From positions 41,458 to 105,457 of IMG/VR virus record IMGVR_UViG_3300012204_000008: a stretch of 64,000 bases of DNA, one strand, 5' to 3'. A program made the translations under genes and the position numbers. The notes beneath the pieces are model-generated. The model did not search any database, was not told the origin of the DNA, and worked only from the letters and a program-made list of their open reading frames with translations. Positions 9,552-21,835 of this stretch are shown here, in pieces (positions within the stretch are counted from its first letter, which is position 1; the number at the start of each line of letters is the position of its first letter). The stretch is from a virus.

Positions 9552-11393
9552 ATGGGCCGACTGTGGATGTCTAGAAAGCAGCAGCAGGCTGAAGCTGCGA
9601 AACTAGCGTCCAAGATTAAAACTCTTCCCACTCCACGCTCCTCCCCCTTCTCGCATAATCTTCCGCCTCAGGCGATCTCTGCTGCTGCAACAGCAATGAA
9701 AATAAGTAAAGAGAGACTTGTTTTCAACAATGAGAACTGGCAAGAGCAAGCGTGGCAATATCATCGAACCCTAGGAGAATTTCGCTACGGCGTTGAGTGG
9801 TTGTCTGACTCAATCTCTCGCGTTAGGCTTCGGGCTGCAAAAATTCATCCGGGGCAGGACGAGCCAGAAATTGTTGACAGCGGTTTAGCCGCCGAGTTAG
9901 TCTCTGAACTACGCCACGATGTTGGTGGACGTAGCTCTCTTCTCAAGAGAATGACTGAACTATGGTCTGTTGTTGGAGAAGGATATCTGATAGGGGAAGA
10001 AAAACTCGGCGAGCAAGTTTGGGAGATGCGTTCCAAGGATGAGATCAGGCAGCGTTCAGGTCATATAGAAATAATTGATGATGATCACTCCACAGCGGGA
10101 AATATTGAGTGGCGTCCGTTATCACCAGAGTCAATGTTTGGGCGAATTTGGAGCCCAAATGCTCGCTATAAGTATCTAGCTGATTCTCCTGCCCACGCTG
10201 CACTACCCGTAATGTACGAGCTAGAGCTGGTCAATCGTAAGATTCAGGCCCAGTATCTCAGTCGGTTAGCTTCAGCAGGAATCGTTATCTTCCCAGAGGG
10301 CTTAACCTTTCCGGTGCGCGAAGAATTTCAAGACGCACCGGACCCTTTTATTAGAGAATGGATTGAAGCGGCTAAGGAAGCAATCAAAGAACCTGGAACA
10401 GCAGCTTCTGTTATACCAATCCCAATTAGAGTTCCAGATGAATTCGTTGGGAAGATACAGTTCATTGACTTCACATTAATGCTAGACGATAAGATAATTG
10501 AGAAGCGCGACTCTATCATTAAAAGGTTAGCGACTGTCTTGGACATGCCAGCAGAGGTTCTATTGGGGCTAGGTGGTGTTACCCACTGGAACGCATGGCA
10601 GATAGACGAAGGAGGTATTAAACTTCATATTGCTCCTGTGATCGAGGCTCTTTGCCACGGCCTTACTTCTATCTATCTCGCACCTAGGTTAAAAGCAGCC
10701 GGTGAAGACTCACAAAAATGGGTCATGTGGTATGATGCTAGCGAACTCGTTCTTAGGCCAGACAAAACAACTAATGCCACCAACGCTTATGATAGATTAG
10801 AAATCTCTGGTCGGGCTTTACGCCGGGAGACAGGATTTGGGGAAGATGACAAACCAAACAATGAAGAGCTTCTTGACCAAGTCCTTAAGTTTGTTGCCCG
10901 TAACCCTAGAACTGGTGATGCGGTTATTCCGGTCATTCTTAATGAGCTTGTTGGAACAAATCTGCCTACGGTACCAGACAGCACAGATCAAAAGGGTGGC
11001 GGAGAGCCTGGAGAATTAGAGAAACCAAAGGAAGGAGACTCTGGTAAAGAATTGCCCCCGTCCAAGGAAAAAACTCCAGAACGTAAAACTACGCCACCTG
11101 AGAAAAAAGCGAGGGTAGAGAAAAGAGAGTATTTTCCCGTTCCGCCAATGACAATGGAAATGGTTAAAGAGCATCTAGTTTCTATAGATCTTGGTAATAA
11201 GTGGAGCGTCTTGCATCCTAGCACTTGTGAGAATAAATTCCTTTGCCCAATTACATGGAGAGTTTATCTCCTCAGAAACATCGCACCTGGAACACATGGA
11301 AAATACAAGCTAGATCTTTCTCCAAATAAGGAACTGATCTTTGGAGAGAGAGTTTTATCAGAAACTTCTCTAACCGCAACTCAAGTTAAGTAG
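9552..11393 (+). CDS. Portal protein
   Basis: WQEQAW...GEFRY, SRLASAG, LDMPAEVLLG...HWNAW, WYDASEL motifs of actinophage portals; synteny. Confidence 0.88.
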   Translation: MGRLWMSRKQQQAEAAKLASKIKTLPTPRSSPFSHNLPPQAISAAATAMKISKERLVFNNENWQEQAWQYHRTLGEFRYGVEWLSDSISRVRLRAAKIHPGQDEPEIVDSGLAAELVSELRHDVGGRSSLLKRMTELWSVVGEGYLIGEEKLGEQVWEMRSKDEIRQRSGHIEIIDDDHSTAGNIEWRPLSPESMFGRIWSPNARYKYLADSPAHAALPVMYELELVNRKIQAQYLSRLASAGIVIFPEGLTFPVREEFQDAPDPFIREWIEAAKEAIKEPGTAASVIPIPIRVPDEFVGKIQFIDFTLMLDDKIIEKRDSIIKRLATVLDMPAEVLLGLGGVTHWNAWQIDEGGIKLHIAPVIEALCHGLTSIYLAPRLKAAGEDSQKWVMWYDASELVLRPDKTTNATNAYDRLEISGRALRRETGFGEDDKPNNEELLDQVLKFVARNPRTGDAVIPVILNELVGTNLPTVPDSTDQKGGGEPGELEKPKEGDSGKELPPSKEKTPERKTTPPEKKARVEKREYFPVPPMTMEMVKEHLVSIDLGNKWSVLHPSTCENKFLCPITWRVYLLRNIAPGTHGKYKLDLSPNKELIFGERVLSETSLTATQVK

Positions 11394-11400
11394 GATCAAC

Positions 11401-14187
11401 GTGCCTCATGATGGTGCAATGATAGCGTTAATTCCAACTGAGGGAGATCTAGAAAACCTCGTCTTAGAAAATTGGGAATCAAAGTCAAAGATTCACTTGA
11501 CGCTTATTTTTCTTGGGGAAGCAGTTAATTGGAATTCAGAGTCAAAAGAACAAGTTCTCTCTATAGCGAGACTAGTAGCGCATGGTCATCCCACATTTGA
11601 AGGCCGAGGATTCGGAGCAAATTTCTGGAATCCTGATAGCGAGGAACCATGTTGGGTACTTGGTGTCGGTGGGTATGAGTTAGACTATCTCCGTTCTCAT
11701 ATTTACGGTAGAATGCTTGAACTAGATGAAAACGAAGAAAGAATTCCAAATAATCATAGACCTTGGGTTCCACATATTTGTCTTGCCTACACTTCTGAGA
11801 ATCTTCTTGACCAATTAGTTTCTAAAGTTGGTCCTATAACTTTTGATCGAATTAGAGTTGCATTCGGCGAAGAAGTCACAGATATTGCCTTGAGCGGCCC
11901 TGACAGTGTTACTGTTGCCTCGGCGGACAGACCAGTGGATGGCCAAGGAGGCACTGTGCCTTGGAAAGTTGAGAAAACCAGCGAGTGCCCAGATTCCAAA
12001 CCTTGGGGCGTTGTTAATACCGAGACAGGCGATGTCGGTGGCCGATGCCATGAGTCTAAAGAGTCTGCCAGGCAGCAGCAGAAAGCACTATATGTTCACG
12101 CCGATGAAAAAGATTCTGGCGAGACTGTGGGCTTAGAGATAGAGAACGAAGAGTCCCACTTTGAGAATGCGCCGCAAGCTCTTTCCCCTGTAGAACTTCA
12201 GAAGGTTATGCTTGGCTGGAACGGTCCTGCCGCTATGTCTAAGTGTGCCAACTCTGATAGTCCAGCCTCATGCTATCGCTCAATTTGCGCTGGCCGCCGC
12301 GCTGGAGATCCAAGTAAGCAATCTACTTGGGCACTTCCTCATCACGCTACTTCAGGCGGCCCGCCAGACGAAGGCGGAGTTAGAAACGCACTAAGCCGTC
12401 TACCGCAGACGCAAGGGCTAAGTAATGCCTCGGCTGCCAAAAGTCACTTGGAGAAGCACATGCGATCCATTAACCCAGACTATGAGGCAGAGGCAGAAGT
12501 GGTTTCTCTTCAGAAAGAAGATCAAGGTTGCCCTCCCGGCCAACACGAAATGGACGGCAAGTGCATGCCAGATGAAGAAATGGCGATCTCTCAGTCTGGA
12601 GCATGGAAGGGACCGCTAGTAGTAGAAGGTATTACTACGGGAGACGGTCGAGAATTCGCTCCAGGCGCACTTGACTGGCCAGACCCGTCTGAGACCCTTA
12701 TTCCTTTAAGGTGGAATAAGGAGGACTCTCATGGTGGAGAAGTCAGAACAGTAGCAGTAAACGTTGGGCGCATTGATAAAATCTGGCGCGAAGACGACCG
12801 GATTATGGGTCAGGGTGTATTCGACCTTGGTCAGCCAGACGGTGCAGAAGCATTTCGCAGAGTACAAGAGAGATTCCTCCGTGGTATTTCTGTTGATGCA
12901 GATGACATCTCTAATGCAGATGTAGAATACGTCTGGCCTGAAAATAACAGCGAGGGGGAGGAAGAAGACTCAGACCTTGACATCATGTCCCTTCTTTTCG
13001 GGCAGCCAGAGAAGATCGTCTTCCACAAAGGCAGAATTCGCGGTGCCACACTTTGCGACATACCAGCTTTTGTGGACGCATACATTGAAATCGCAGATGA
13101 GGTTGAAGAGCTCATCGCCTCAATTAATGCAGAAGAGGCCGAGCACTGGAATGTAGACACCAGGAATCTGGCATGGGACCTCAACTTAAACGAGAAGAGG
13201 CTTCCTACAAAATTAGAAATTCGCGCTGCTCGGCATATGTATGCCTATGTTGATCAGAGCGCTGTTGAAGATGGCAAGATTCCGCGTTCTTCCTGTCGTC
13301 TACCGCATCACAACGTAGAAAAAGACGGAACAATTAGTGGCGCAAATATTGATGGAAGCAAGCTTGCTATTGAATCTATAAACAGGCTTCGCGGTGGAGC
13401 CAATATGAGCAATAGCGACCGTAGAAAGGCTTATGATCACCTTGCTAAGCACATGCGAGTTGGCGGTAAGGAACCGCCAGAGTTTGAAATCGACAAGAGC
13501 CTTGTTGCTTCAGTCGGAAACGAATGGAAACCATCTAGGGAATGGTTTGAGGATCCTAGGCTCAACGTTTTGGTTCCAATCATGGTTACCGATGCCGGTA
13601 GGGTCTACGGACACGCCGCACAGTGGGGCCAGTGTCATTTAAGTTATCAAGACACTTGTATCATCGCCCCAAGAGAAGATGGGTTCCCGTACTTCCTAAC
13701 AGGTGAACTTACATGTTCAGATGGCAGCTTGGTTGCGGTAGGGCAGATCACCGTAGACACCGGCCATCCACCGCTCTATGTAGGACCGCACGTCGCAATG
13801 GAGCATTACGACAATACTGGAGCAGTTGTAGCCGATGTAGTTGTGGGAAATGATAGACATGGAATTTGGGTGGCTGGTGCAATTAGACCAGACGCAGAGG
13901 TTAGTCGAGTTCATAAACTACGTGCCTCTGGTCAAGTTTCTCCAGACTGGCGGCGCATAGGTGGGCAATTGCGTATGATAGCGTTACTAACAGTAAATGG
14001 TTCTGGCTACCAAGTGCCAAAGATGAGGGCTAGAGTAGCTAGCGGCCATGTGCAGTCGTTGGTAGCTGCTGGTAGGGTTACTAGTGTTTCACGTGGCCTA
14101 AGCGAGGACGAACTTTCGCAGAAAGCACTGAGAGTCTTGGCTAATAGAATCGCTAAGCGTGTAGGACTTGACAAGGAGAAATCATGA
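11401..14187 (+). CDS. Capsid maturation protease/head protein with N-terminal 2H phosphoesterase domain
   Basis: HLTL and PHICL 2H motifs; GITTGDGREF, VGRID, RGISVD, GATLCDIPAF; GRVYGHAAQW C-terminal domain; lies between portal and capsid. Confidence 0.8.
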   Translation: MPHDGAMIALIPTEGDLENLVLENWESKSKIHLTLIFLGEAVNWNSESKEQVLSIARLVAHGHPTFEGRGFGANFWNPDSEEPCWVLGVGGYELDYLRSHIYGRMLELDENEERIPNNHRPWVPHICLAYTSENLLDQLVSKVGPITFDRIRVAFGEEVTDIALSGPDSVTVASADRPVDGQGGTVPWKVEKTSECPDSKPWGVVNTETGDVGGRCHESKESARQQQKALYVHADEKDSGETVGLEIENEESHFENAPQALSPVELQKVMLGWNGPAAMSKCANSDSPASCYRSICAGRRAGDPSKQSTWALPHHATSGGPPDEGGVRNALSRLPQTQGLSNASAAKSHLEKHMRSINPDYEAEAEVVSLQKEDQGCPPGQHEMDGKCMPDEEMAISQSGAWKGPLVVEGITTGDGREFAPGALDWPDPSETLIPLRWNKEDSHGGEVRTVAVNVGRIDKIWREDDRIMGQGVFDLGQPDGAEAFRRVQERFLRGISVDADDISNADVEYVWPENNSEGEEEDSDLDIMSLLFGQPEKIVFHKGRIRGATLCDIPAFVDAYIEIADEVEELIASINAEEAEHWNVDTRNLAWDLNLNEKRLPTKLEIRAARHMYAYVDQSAVEDGKIPRSSCRLPHHNVEKDGTISGANIDGSKLAIESINRLRGGANMSNSDRRKAYDHLAKHMRVGGKEPPEFEIDKSLVASVGNEWKPSREWFEDPRLNVLVPIMVTDAGRVYGHAAQWGQCHLSYQDTCIIAPREDGFPYFLTGELTCSDGSLVAVGQITVDTGHPPLYVGPHVAMEHYDNTGAVVADVVVGNDRHGIWVAGAIRPDAEVSRVHKLRASGQVSPDWRRIGGQLRMIALLTVNGSGYQVPKMRARVASGHVQSLVAAGRVTSVSRGLSEDELSQKALRVLANRIAKRVGLDKEKS

Positions 14188-14294
14188 TTCGTGACAGAAA
14201 TTATTTTGTCGCCGGATGCGGATGTCGAGGTAGCGGTAGTAGCGCTCCGCCGCCTCCGCCTCCACCTCCCGTTGGTGGAAGTGGTGGAACGTAA
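14184..14294 (+). CDS. 36-aa CGC/poly-proline micro-protein MIRDRNYFVAGCGCRGSGSSAPPPPPPPPVGGSGGT
   Basis: AAGGAG RBS, ATGA overlap with protease stop; read manually. Confidence 0.6.
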   Translation: MIRDRNYFVAGCGCRGSGSSAPPPPPPPPVGGSGGT

Positions 14295-14453
14295 ATAGCG
14301 GATAAACAAACTCCGCGTTAGTTCTTTGCAGAGTTAGCTTTTGTTGTATAGTACAAACTGAAGGCATCGGTCTAAGCCTTCAAATGCCGTGATGGCAGGT
14401 CTACTCTAAGAGTAGCAATCAATTTGCCGTGCGGTATTTGGGAGGAGACCAAC

Positions 14454-16208
14454 ATGCCTGATGAGCTGGTCACAGTTCCGCAGGATCTTACGCTGGTCAG
14501 TGACGAAGATCTCGCCCAGCTCGAGGCTAAGGTCACTGCCGAGTTTACAAGGATTAACGAAGGGGACGTTTCCCCTGAGAGCTTGGAGTATATGCTCCAG
14601 CTCGCAGAAGACCTAGACCGCATTCGCTCTGAGAATTCGGCTAGAGACCAGCGGCGTACTGAGGCCGCTAAGCTCGCCGATCTCAAGATGCACGAGCAGA
14701 AAAAGGCTCTTGAGGCTAGGGTCAAAGGCGTCTCTGCTGATCCGGTTACTAGGGACGAATCTGAAGTCTCTAAGGAATACGCCGGAGCTATCGCCAAGGC
14801 CGCCGCTGAGGGTGCTACCGCTGCGCTTGTGGCTGCGCTTGGTGACGACAAACGCGGTGGCCGTGACTTCTCTGCCATTAGTGAAAAAGCAACGAAGTCT
14901 CTTTCCGCGGCTCGCCGGCACGCGCCTTCTGTCAATCTTCCGAAGGCCAAGCTTCAGGTTCAGGCCGGAGTTGACATTCCCGGTATTGCTCGCGGTGGCG
15001 AGCTCAGTACTCTTGAGTCCGTTACGGACGCCTTTCACCGTCGGGCAAAGGGTATGCCGGACAGCCGTGGACAGCTTCGTGAGGAACTGGTTTGTACGAT
15101 CAAGAACCAGTTTGAGCACACAGTAGATGACCGCACTTCGCCTGCTCAGGTTGAAGAGCTTTTCAGTTTCTTGCGTTCACGTGACAAGCAGGAAGCTCTC
15201 GTCGCTGGTGGTGGTTGGTGTGCGCCTTCAGAAATTCGTTATGACTTCTTTAATGTCGCTTGTGAGTCTGGTCTTATTGACCTTCCCACCTTCGGTGTGA
15301 GCCGTGGTGGTATTCGTTATCCGGTTAGCCCTAGCATTGCAGATGCCTTCGGCTCCAACGCTCTCGCTCCATTCAACGTTTCATTTACCAACACTTCAGT
15401 TCCGTGGCTTTGGACAGAAGCTGATGACATTCTGACTATCACCGGTACTACCAACAAGCCAACGATGCGAGTGCCGTGCCCGACGTTCTCTGAGAACCGG
15501 TTGGAATGCTACGGCGTCACGCTCACTGCCGGTAACCTCACGGACGACGCCTATCCTGAGGCTACTCAGAACACGCTGCGTTTGCTGATGTCAGCCCACG
15601 CACACGCCATGAATGCCCGTATCATTTCTTTGATGGTCACTAATAGCACGGCAGCAATCACTGGTATCTCCGGTACGAACCCTGTCTACCAGCAGGTTCT
15701 TGACGGTGTGGACATGGCCGCTACTGACTACCGCGCTCGTTATGCCATGTGTGACGATGATGTTCTTGAGCTCGTCGTTCCTTATTGGCTCAAGGCCGTT
15801 ATCCGTGCGGACCTTGCCTGGCGTGCTGGCACTGCAGACCTTCTCTCTGTCAGTGACGCTCAGATTGTTGGATACTTCGCTGACAGAAACGTTCGTCCGC
15901 AGTTTATCAATGACTGGCAGGTTAGAGGTTCTGGCCAGTTCGGTGGTACTACTGCGGTGGTTGCGTGGCCTACGAGCGTTAACGTCATGCTCTATGCCGC
16001 TGGTACCTTCCTGCTTGGTAATGGCCTCAGCCTTGACCTTGGTGTTATCCGTGACTCAGTGCTAAACGCAGAGAACGACTTTACAGCCGCCTGGTCTGAG
16101 GAATGCCATCTCCTCGCGAGGGTTGGTCACGAGTCTCGTCTCTACACCATTGGCTTCAACGTTAAGGGTGCGACTTCTGCCACTCTTACTGACAACGCAA
16201 AGGTCTAA
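14454..16208 (+). CDS. Major capsid protein with N-terminal scaffold region
   Basis: GGAGGAG RBS; coiled-coil N-terminus; ALVAGGGWCAPSEIRYD, LDLGVIRDSVLNAENDF; strongly biased codon usage. Confidence 0.9.
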   Translation: MPDELVTVPQDLTLVSDEDLAQLEAKVTAEFTRINEGDVSPESLEYMLQLAEDLDRIRSENSARDQRRTEAAKLADLKMHEQKKALEARVKGVSADPVTRDESEVSKEYAGAIAKAAAEGATAALVAALGDDKRGGRDFSAISEKATKSLSAARRHAPSVNLPKAKLQVQAGVDIPGIARGGELSTLESVTDAFHRRAKGMPDSRGQLREELVCTIKNQFEHTVDDRTSPAQVEELFSFLRSRDKQEALVAGGGWCAPSEIRYDFFNVACESGLIDLPTFGVSRGGIRYPVSPSIADAFGSNALAPFNVSFTNTSVPWLWTEADDILTITGTTNKPTMRVPCPTFSENRLECYGVTLTAGNLTDDAYPEATQNTLRLLMSAHAHAMNARIISLMVTNSTAAITGISGTNPVYQQVLDGVDMAATDYRARYAMCDDDVLELVVPYWLKAVIRADLAWRAGTADLLSVSDAQIVGYFADRNVRPQFINDWQVRGSGQFGGTTAVVAWPTSVNVMLYAAGTFLLGNGLSLDLGVIRDSVLNAENDFTAAWSEECHLLARVGHESRLYTIGFNVKGATSATLTDNAKV

Positions 16209-16261
16209 TTAGTCTCAATCGGGGTGGTAACTGTAATAGTCGGAAGGGAGTGTGAAGGTCG

Positions 16262-17137
16262 ATGGCCGGTGCGCGGCAGATAGTGGATGGCCCGACCTTC
16301 ACCCCCTCCAGACTTGGACTACTTGATGTAGTACAGTTTCCAACTCCCGCCGGACCGCATTGGCAAAATGGAATTACGTGGGCTTCCACTTGTGTAACTG
16401 GCGGTACAACTTACGACGAGTGCATCACCGTTACTGGAACTGGCAGCCCACCCGCTCCCGCCGCATTTGCGGATAACGTAGATTGGAACAATAGAGGAGC
16501 TACCCCGTTCACTATTTACACAGAATTTGACTGCTCCCCGGTTGGTTTCTTTGAAGATGCACAAAAACTAGCCGAGGAGATGCTAGCTAAGAGCGAAAGC
16601 TGGCAAGTAGAGCAAGCGGTATGGACAGGGACGGCAGGGGGTACGGCAAACGCCGTCTGGCCGCATCTTGCAGCTTTCACGGCAGCAGTAGATTCTCAGA
16701 GCATAACACTACAATCTCCTGCCGTAACAGGTGGGCTCCTCAAGCCATCTAGGGCACTTGGGGCAGTGGAAGCCATACTAGCTGATTGTTACCACGGACA
16801 AGGCGTTATCCACATACCACTGGACATTCTGAATACTTTTATTCAGAACGGAATGATGTTCCGACAGTCCGATGGATCTTATTTAACTCCCTCGGGAAAT
16901 CTCGTAGTGGCTGGCTCTGGTTATCCAGGAACTAGTCCTCAGGGTGCCGCGCCTGCCGCCAATACGATGTGGATTTATGCTACTGGCGCTATTTTTGCTT
17001 ATCGTAGTGCCGTTAGAATTCATTCTCCACGCGAGTCACTTGACCGTGCAGAGAATACAGTAAAAATGATCGCTCAGCGTACATACGTCCTTGGTTGGGA
17101 CTGCTGTCACGCTGGTGTTTTGGTAGACCTGGCTTAG
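16262..17137 (+). CDS. Second capsid-related protein (possible pentamer protein)
   Basis: Follows capsid; HWQNGI, PFTIY, TPSGNLVVAGSGY, WIYATG, N...IAQRTY; synteny with cluster B-like heads. Confidence 0.6.
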   Translation: MAGARQIVDGPTFTPSRLGLLDVVQFPTPAGPHWQNGITWASTCVTGGTTYDECITVTGTGSPPAPAAFADNVDWNNRGATPFTIYTEFDCSPVGFFEDAQKLAEEMLAKSESWQVEQAVWTGTAGGTANAVWPHLAAFTAAVDSQSITLQSPAVTGGLLKPSRALGAVEAILADCYHGQGVIHIPLDILNTFIQNGMMFRQSDGSYLTPSGNLVVAGSGYPGTSPQGAAPAANTMWIYATGAIFAYRSAVRIHSPRESLDRAENTVKMIAQRTYVLGWDCCHAGVLVDLA

Positions 17138-17155
17138 TAACGGAAAGGTAGAGCT

Positions 17156-17833
17156 ATGGCATCGATATGTGGAGCACCGATCAAAGGCTCGATGCTTCGT
17201 GTCACTAAGCTGGACGTTTGTGGAGTGCCAGTTACGGGAGCCTCTGGTCTCGTCTATACCACTAAGGGTTTTGTCCAGGTGCAGATGGCACCGCAGTATG
17301 AGGACGGCGAAGAGTTCTTCGAGCGTACTGCCGACGGTACCCTCTGCGTGAACCAGAAAGACGACCCGATTCTTAAGCGTTTCCAGCTTACGATCGACAT
17401 GTGTGAAATTGACCCCGATGGTATTTCATACGTGCTGTCGGCTCGAGAACTTGCCACTACTGGTCCTGTCAGCGGTTATGGTTTCGCCATGAGCGAAGGA
17501 AAACCAACAAACCGCTTTGGATTGGAAGTATGGCAGGAAGTGGCTGGCTCCGGTGCCTGCGACGCTTCTGGTGTTCAGCGTTACATCTATAACGTCTGGC
17601 CGAATGTTGGCGCATCTCGTATTGGTAACTACACGATTGAGAACGGTAGATCAACACTTCAGTTCATAGCCGAGACTAAGGCAGCTAGCTCCTTGTGGGG
17701 TAATGGCCCAGGAGCGGCTAGCTGGCTACCGGCTACAGGTACGACGACTCTCTTGTCCACTGAACACTGGGCTTGGAATATCACGACTGTCGCGCCGCCG
17801 ACTGCCCAGTGTGGCGCTGGAATAGTTGCGTAA
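17156..17833 (+). CDS. Major tail protein
   Basis: RVTKLDVCG, YEDGEEFFERTADG.LC, FGLEVW motifs; synteny. Confidence 0.75.
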   Translation: MASICGAPIKGSMLRVTKLDVCGVPVTGASGLVYTTKGFVQVQMAPQYEDGEEFFERTADGTLCVNQKDDPILKRFQLTIDMCEIDPDGISYVLSARELATTGPVSGYGFAMSEGKPTNRFGLEVWQEVAGSGACDASGVQRYIYNVWPNVGASRIGNYTIENGRSTLQFIAETKAASSLWGNGPGAASWLPATGTTTLLSTEHWAWNITTVAPPTAQCGAGIVA

Positions 17834-17852
17834 GGAATGGAGTTATGGGTAA

Positions 17853-18170
17853 ATGATCCCCATATTGCAAGCCACTAAACATTGGTGGTGTCCAAACTGT
17901 AACTTGACCGATGTGACGCATGAAGTTCGACCGCATACTCGTATGCACTCTTGCAATGGACTTTATGGATTAACATCGCCAATGGTTCCAGTTGGACAAA
18001 AAGCTAAATCCATAATGCATGAGCCGGATGATTACGTGAAACATGAAAACGTAACTTACGCAGAAGTGGACAATAAGTCACGTCCTGTTATGAATATCGT
18101 CACGACTCGTGACAACGGCGAAGATTGCACGGTGTTTGCACCATGCGCAACGATCAGGTCGGAGGGCTGA
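17853..18170 (+). CDS. Hypothetical protein (Cys/His-rich)
   Basis: WWCPNC...MHSC...DCTVFAPC; operon context. Confidence 0.6.
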   Translation: MIPILQATKHWWCPNCNLTDVTHEVRPHTRMHSCNGLYGLTSPMVPVGQKAKSIMHEPDDYVKHENVTYAEVDNKSRPVMNIVTTRDNGEDCTVFAPCATIRSEG

Positions 18171-18658
18171 TGCCAGGCCAAGATGAAATTAATCAGCTTG
18201 TCGCAGAGGTACGCTCTGATCTGCGCACAAGAGCCACTAAGACAGCACAGAACGCTGCCTTAGTTTCATTTTTTGAGGAACACAGTAGACCACCTACTAT
18301 TGAAGAGCTCTCTACTGAGATTTCAATTGTAGAACCAACCGATACGCAAGTAGTATCATTTTTAGATGCTGCCGCTGCACATAGCGTTGGTAGACTTAGA
18401 GCTGCTGAGCAACACGTCGTCAATGCAGAACGCAAAGTTGCCAAAGCCGAAACGCATCTTGTGGCAGCACAGACTGCACTGTCAGAAGCACAAGAAGAGC
18501 TTGAGCGCATCCGTGTTGAGTCGGAAACGTGGGAAGCGGCAGCGGTACAGGCAGCTAGTTCATTTACTAATTCTTCTTCTACAGAGCTTAACGGTAATTT
18601 GTCTTCGGGTGGTGGAGTAGCACTTAGCGCGACAGTGCGCACAGAGGACGGTGTCTGA
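18170..18658 (+). CDS. Hypothetical coiled-coil protein
   Basis: GGAGG RBS, TGATG overlap, heptad-rich centre. Confidence 0.6.
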   Translation: MPGQDEINQLVAEVRSDLRTRATKTAQNAALVSFFEEHSRPPTIEELSTEISIVEPTDTQVVSFLDAAAAHSVGRLRAAEQHVVNAERKVAKAETHLVAAQTALSEAQEELERIRVESETWEAAAVQAASSFTNSSSTELNGNLSSGGGVALSATVRTEDGV

Positions 18659-19137
18659 TGGCATGGGCGGGCAGTTCTATCTTCCGCGCACTGATTTCGG
18701 ACGTGCTAGAAAACGCGTCAGCATTGGATTTTGGCGCCGACACGTTCACATGTGCGCTATATAACAATACACCGACGCCCGACAATGACGTAACCTCTGC
18801 AAACACTGCCTATAACGTTGGACAGTGGGCGACAGCACAAGAGGTTTATCAGGCTGGTCAATGGGCACAAGCTGGAGTGAACATCGCAACAACTGCGATC
18901 ACAAATCCAGCGGCTGACATCACCATGTTTGATGGTGCCGATACCGCGTCTGGTGCAGCAGCGACACTAGCGAGCGTATATGGATGTTTGGTATATGACA
19001 ACACCATCGCCACCCCTGTTGCAGATCAAGGTGCATCGTTCCATTACTTCGGCGGTACTCAGTCAGTAACAAACGGTACATTCACCGTTGTGTGGCACGC
19101 AAATGGAATTAACCGCTGGACAACGGCACAGGCATAA
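18658..19137 (+). CDS. Virion structural protein (minor tail-type)
   Basis: DFGADTFTCALY...FDGAD...GTFTVVW pattern common in phage tail accessory proteins. Confidence 0.6.
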   Translation: MAWAGSSIFRALISDVLENASALDFGADTFTCALYNNTPTPDNDVTSANTAYNVGQWATAQEVYQAGQWAQAGVNIATTAITNPAADITMFDGADTASGAAATLASVYGCLVYDNTIATPVADQGASFHYFGGTQSVTNGTFTVVWHANGINRWTTAQA

Positions 19138-19151
19138 TCAATAGGAGTTTC

Positions 19152-21818
<2,667 letters not shown>

Positions 21819-21835
21819 TGCAACGGTGGTAGCCA

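Noticed and set aside
14372-15119. Long antisense ORFs over the capsid gene (and likewise over tail genes)
   Set aside because: By-products of codon bias in the sense genes
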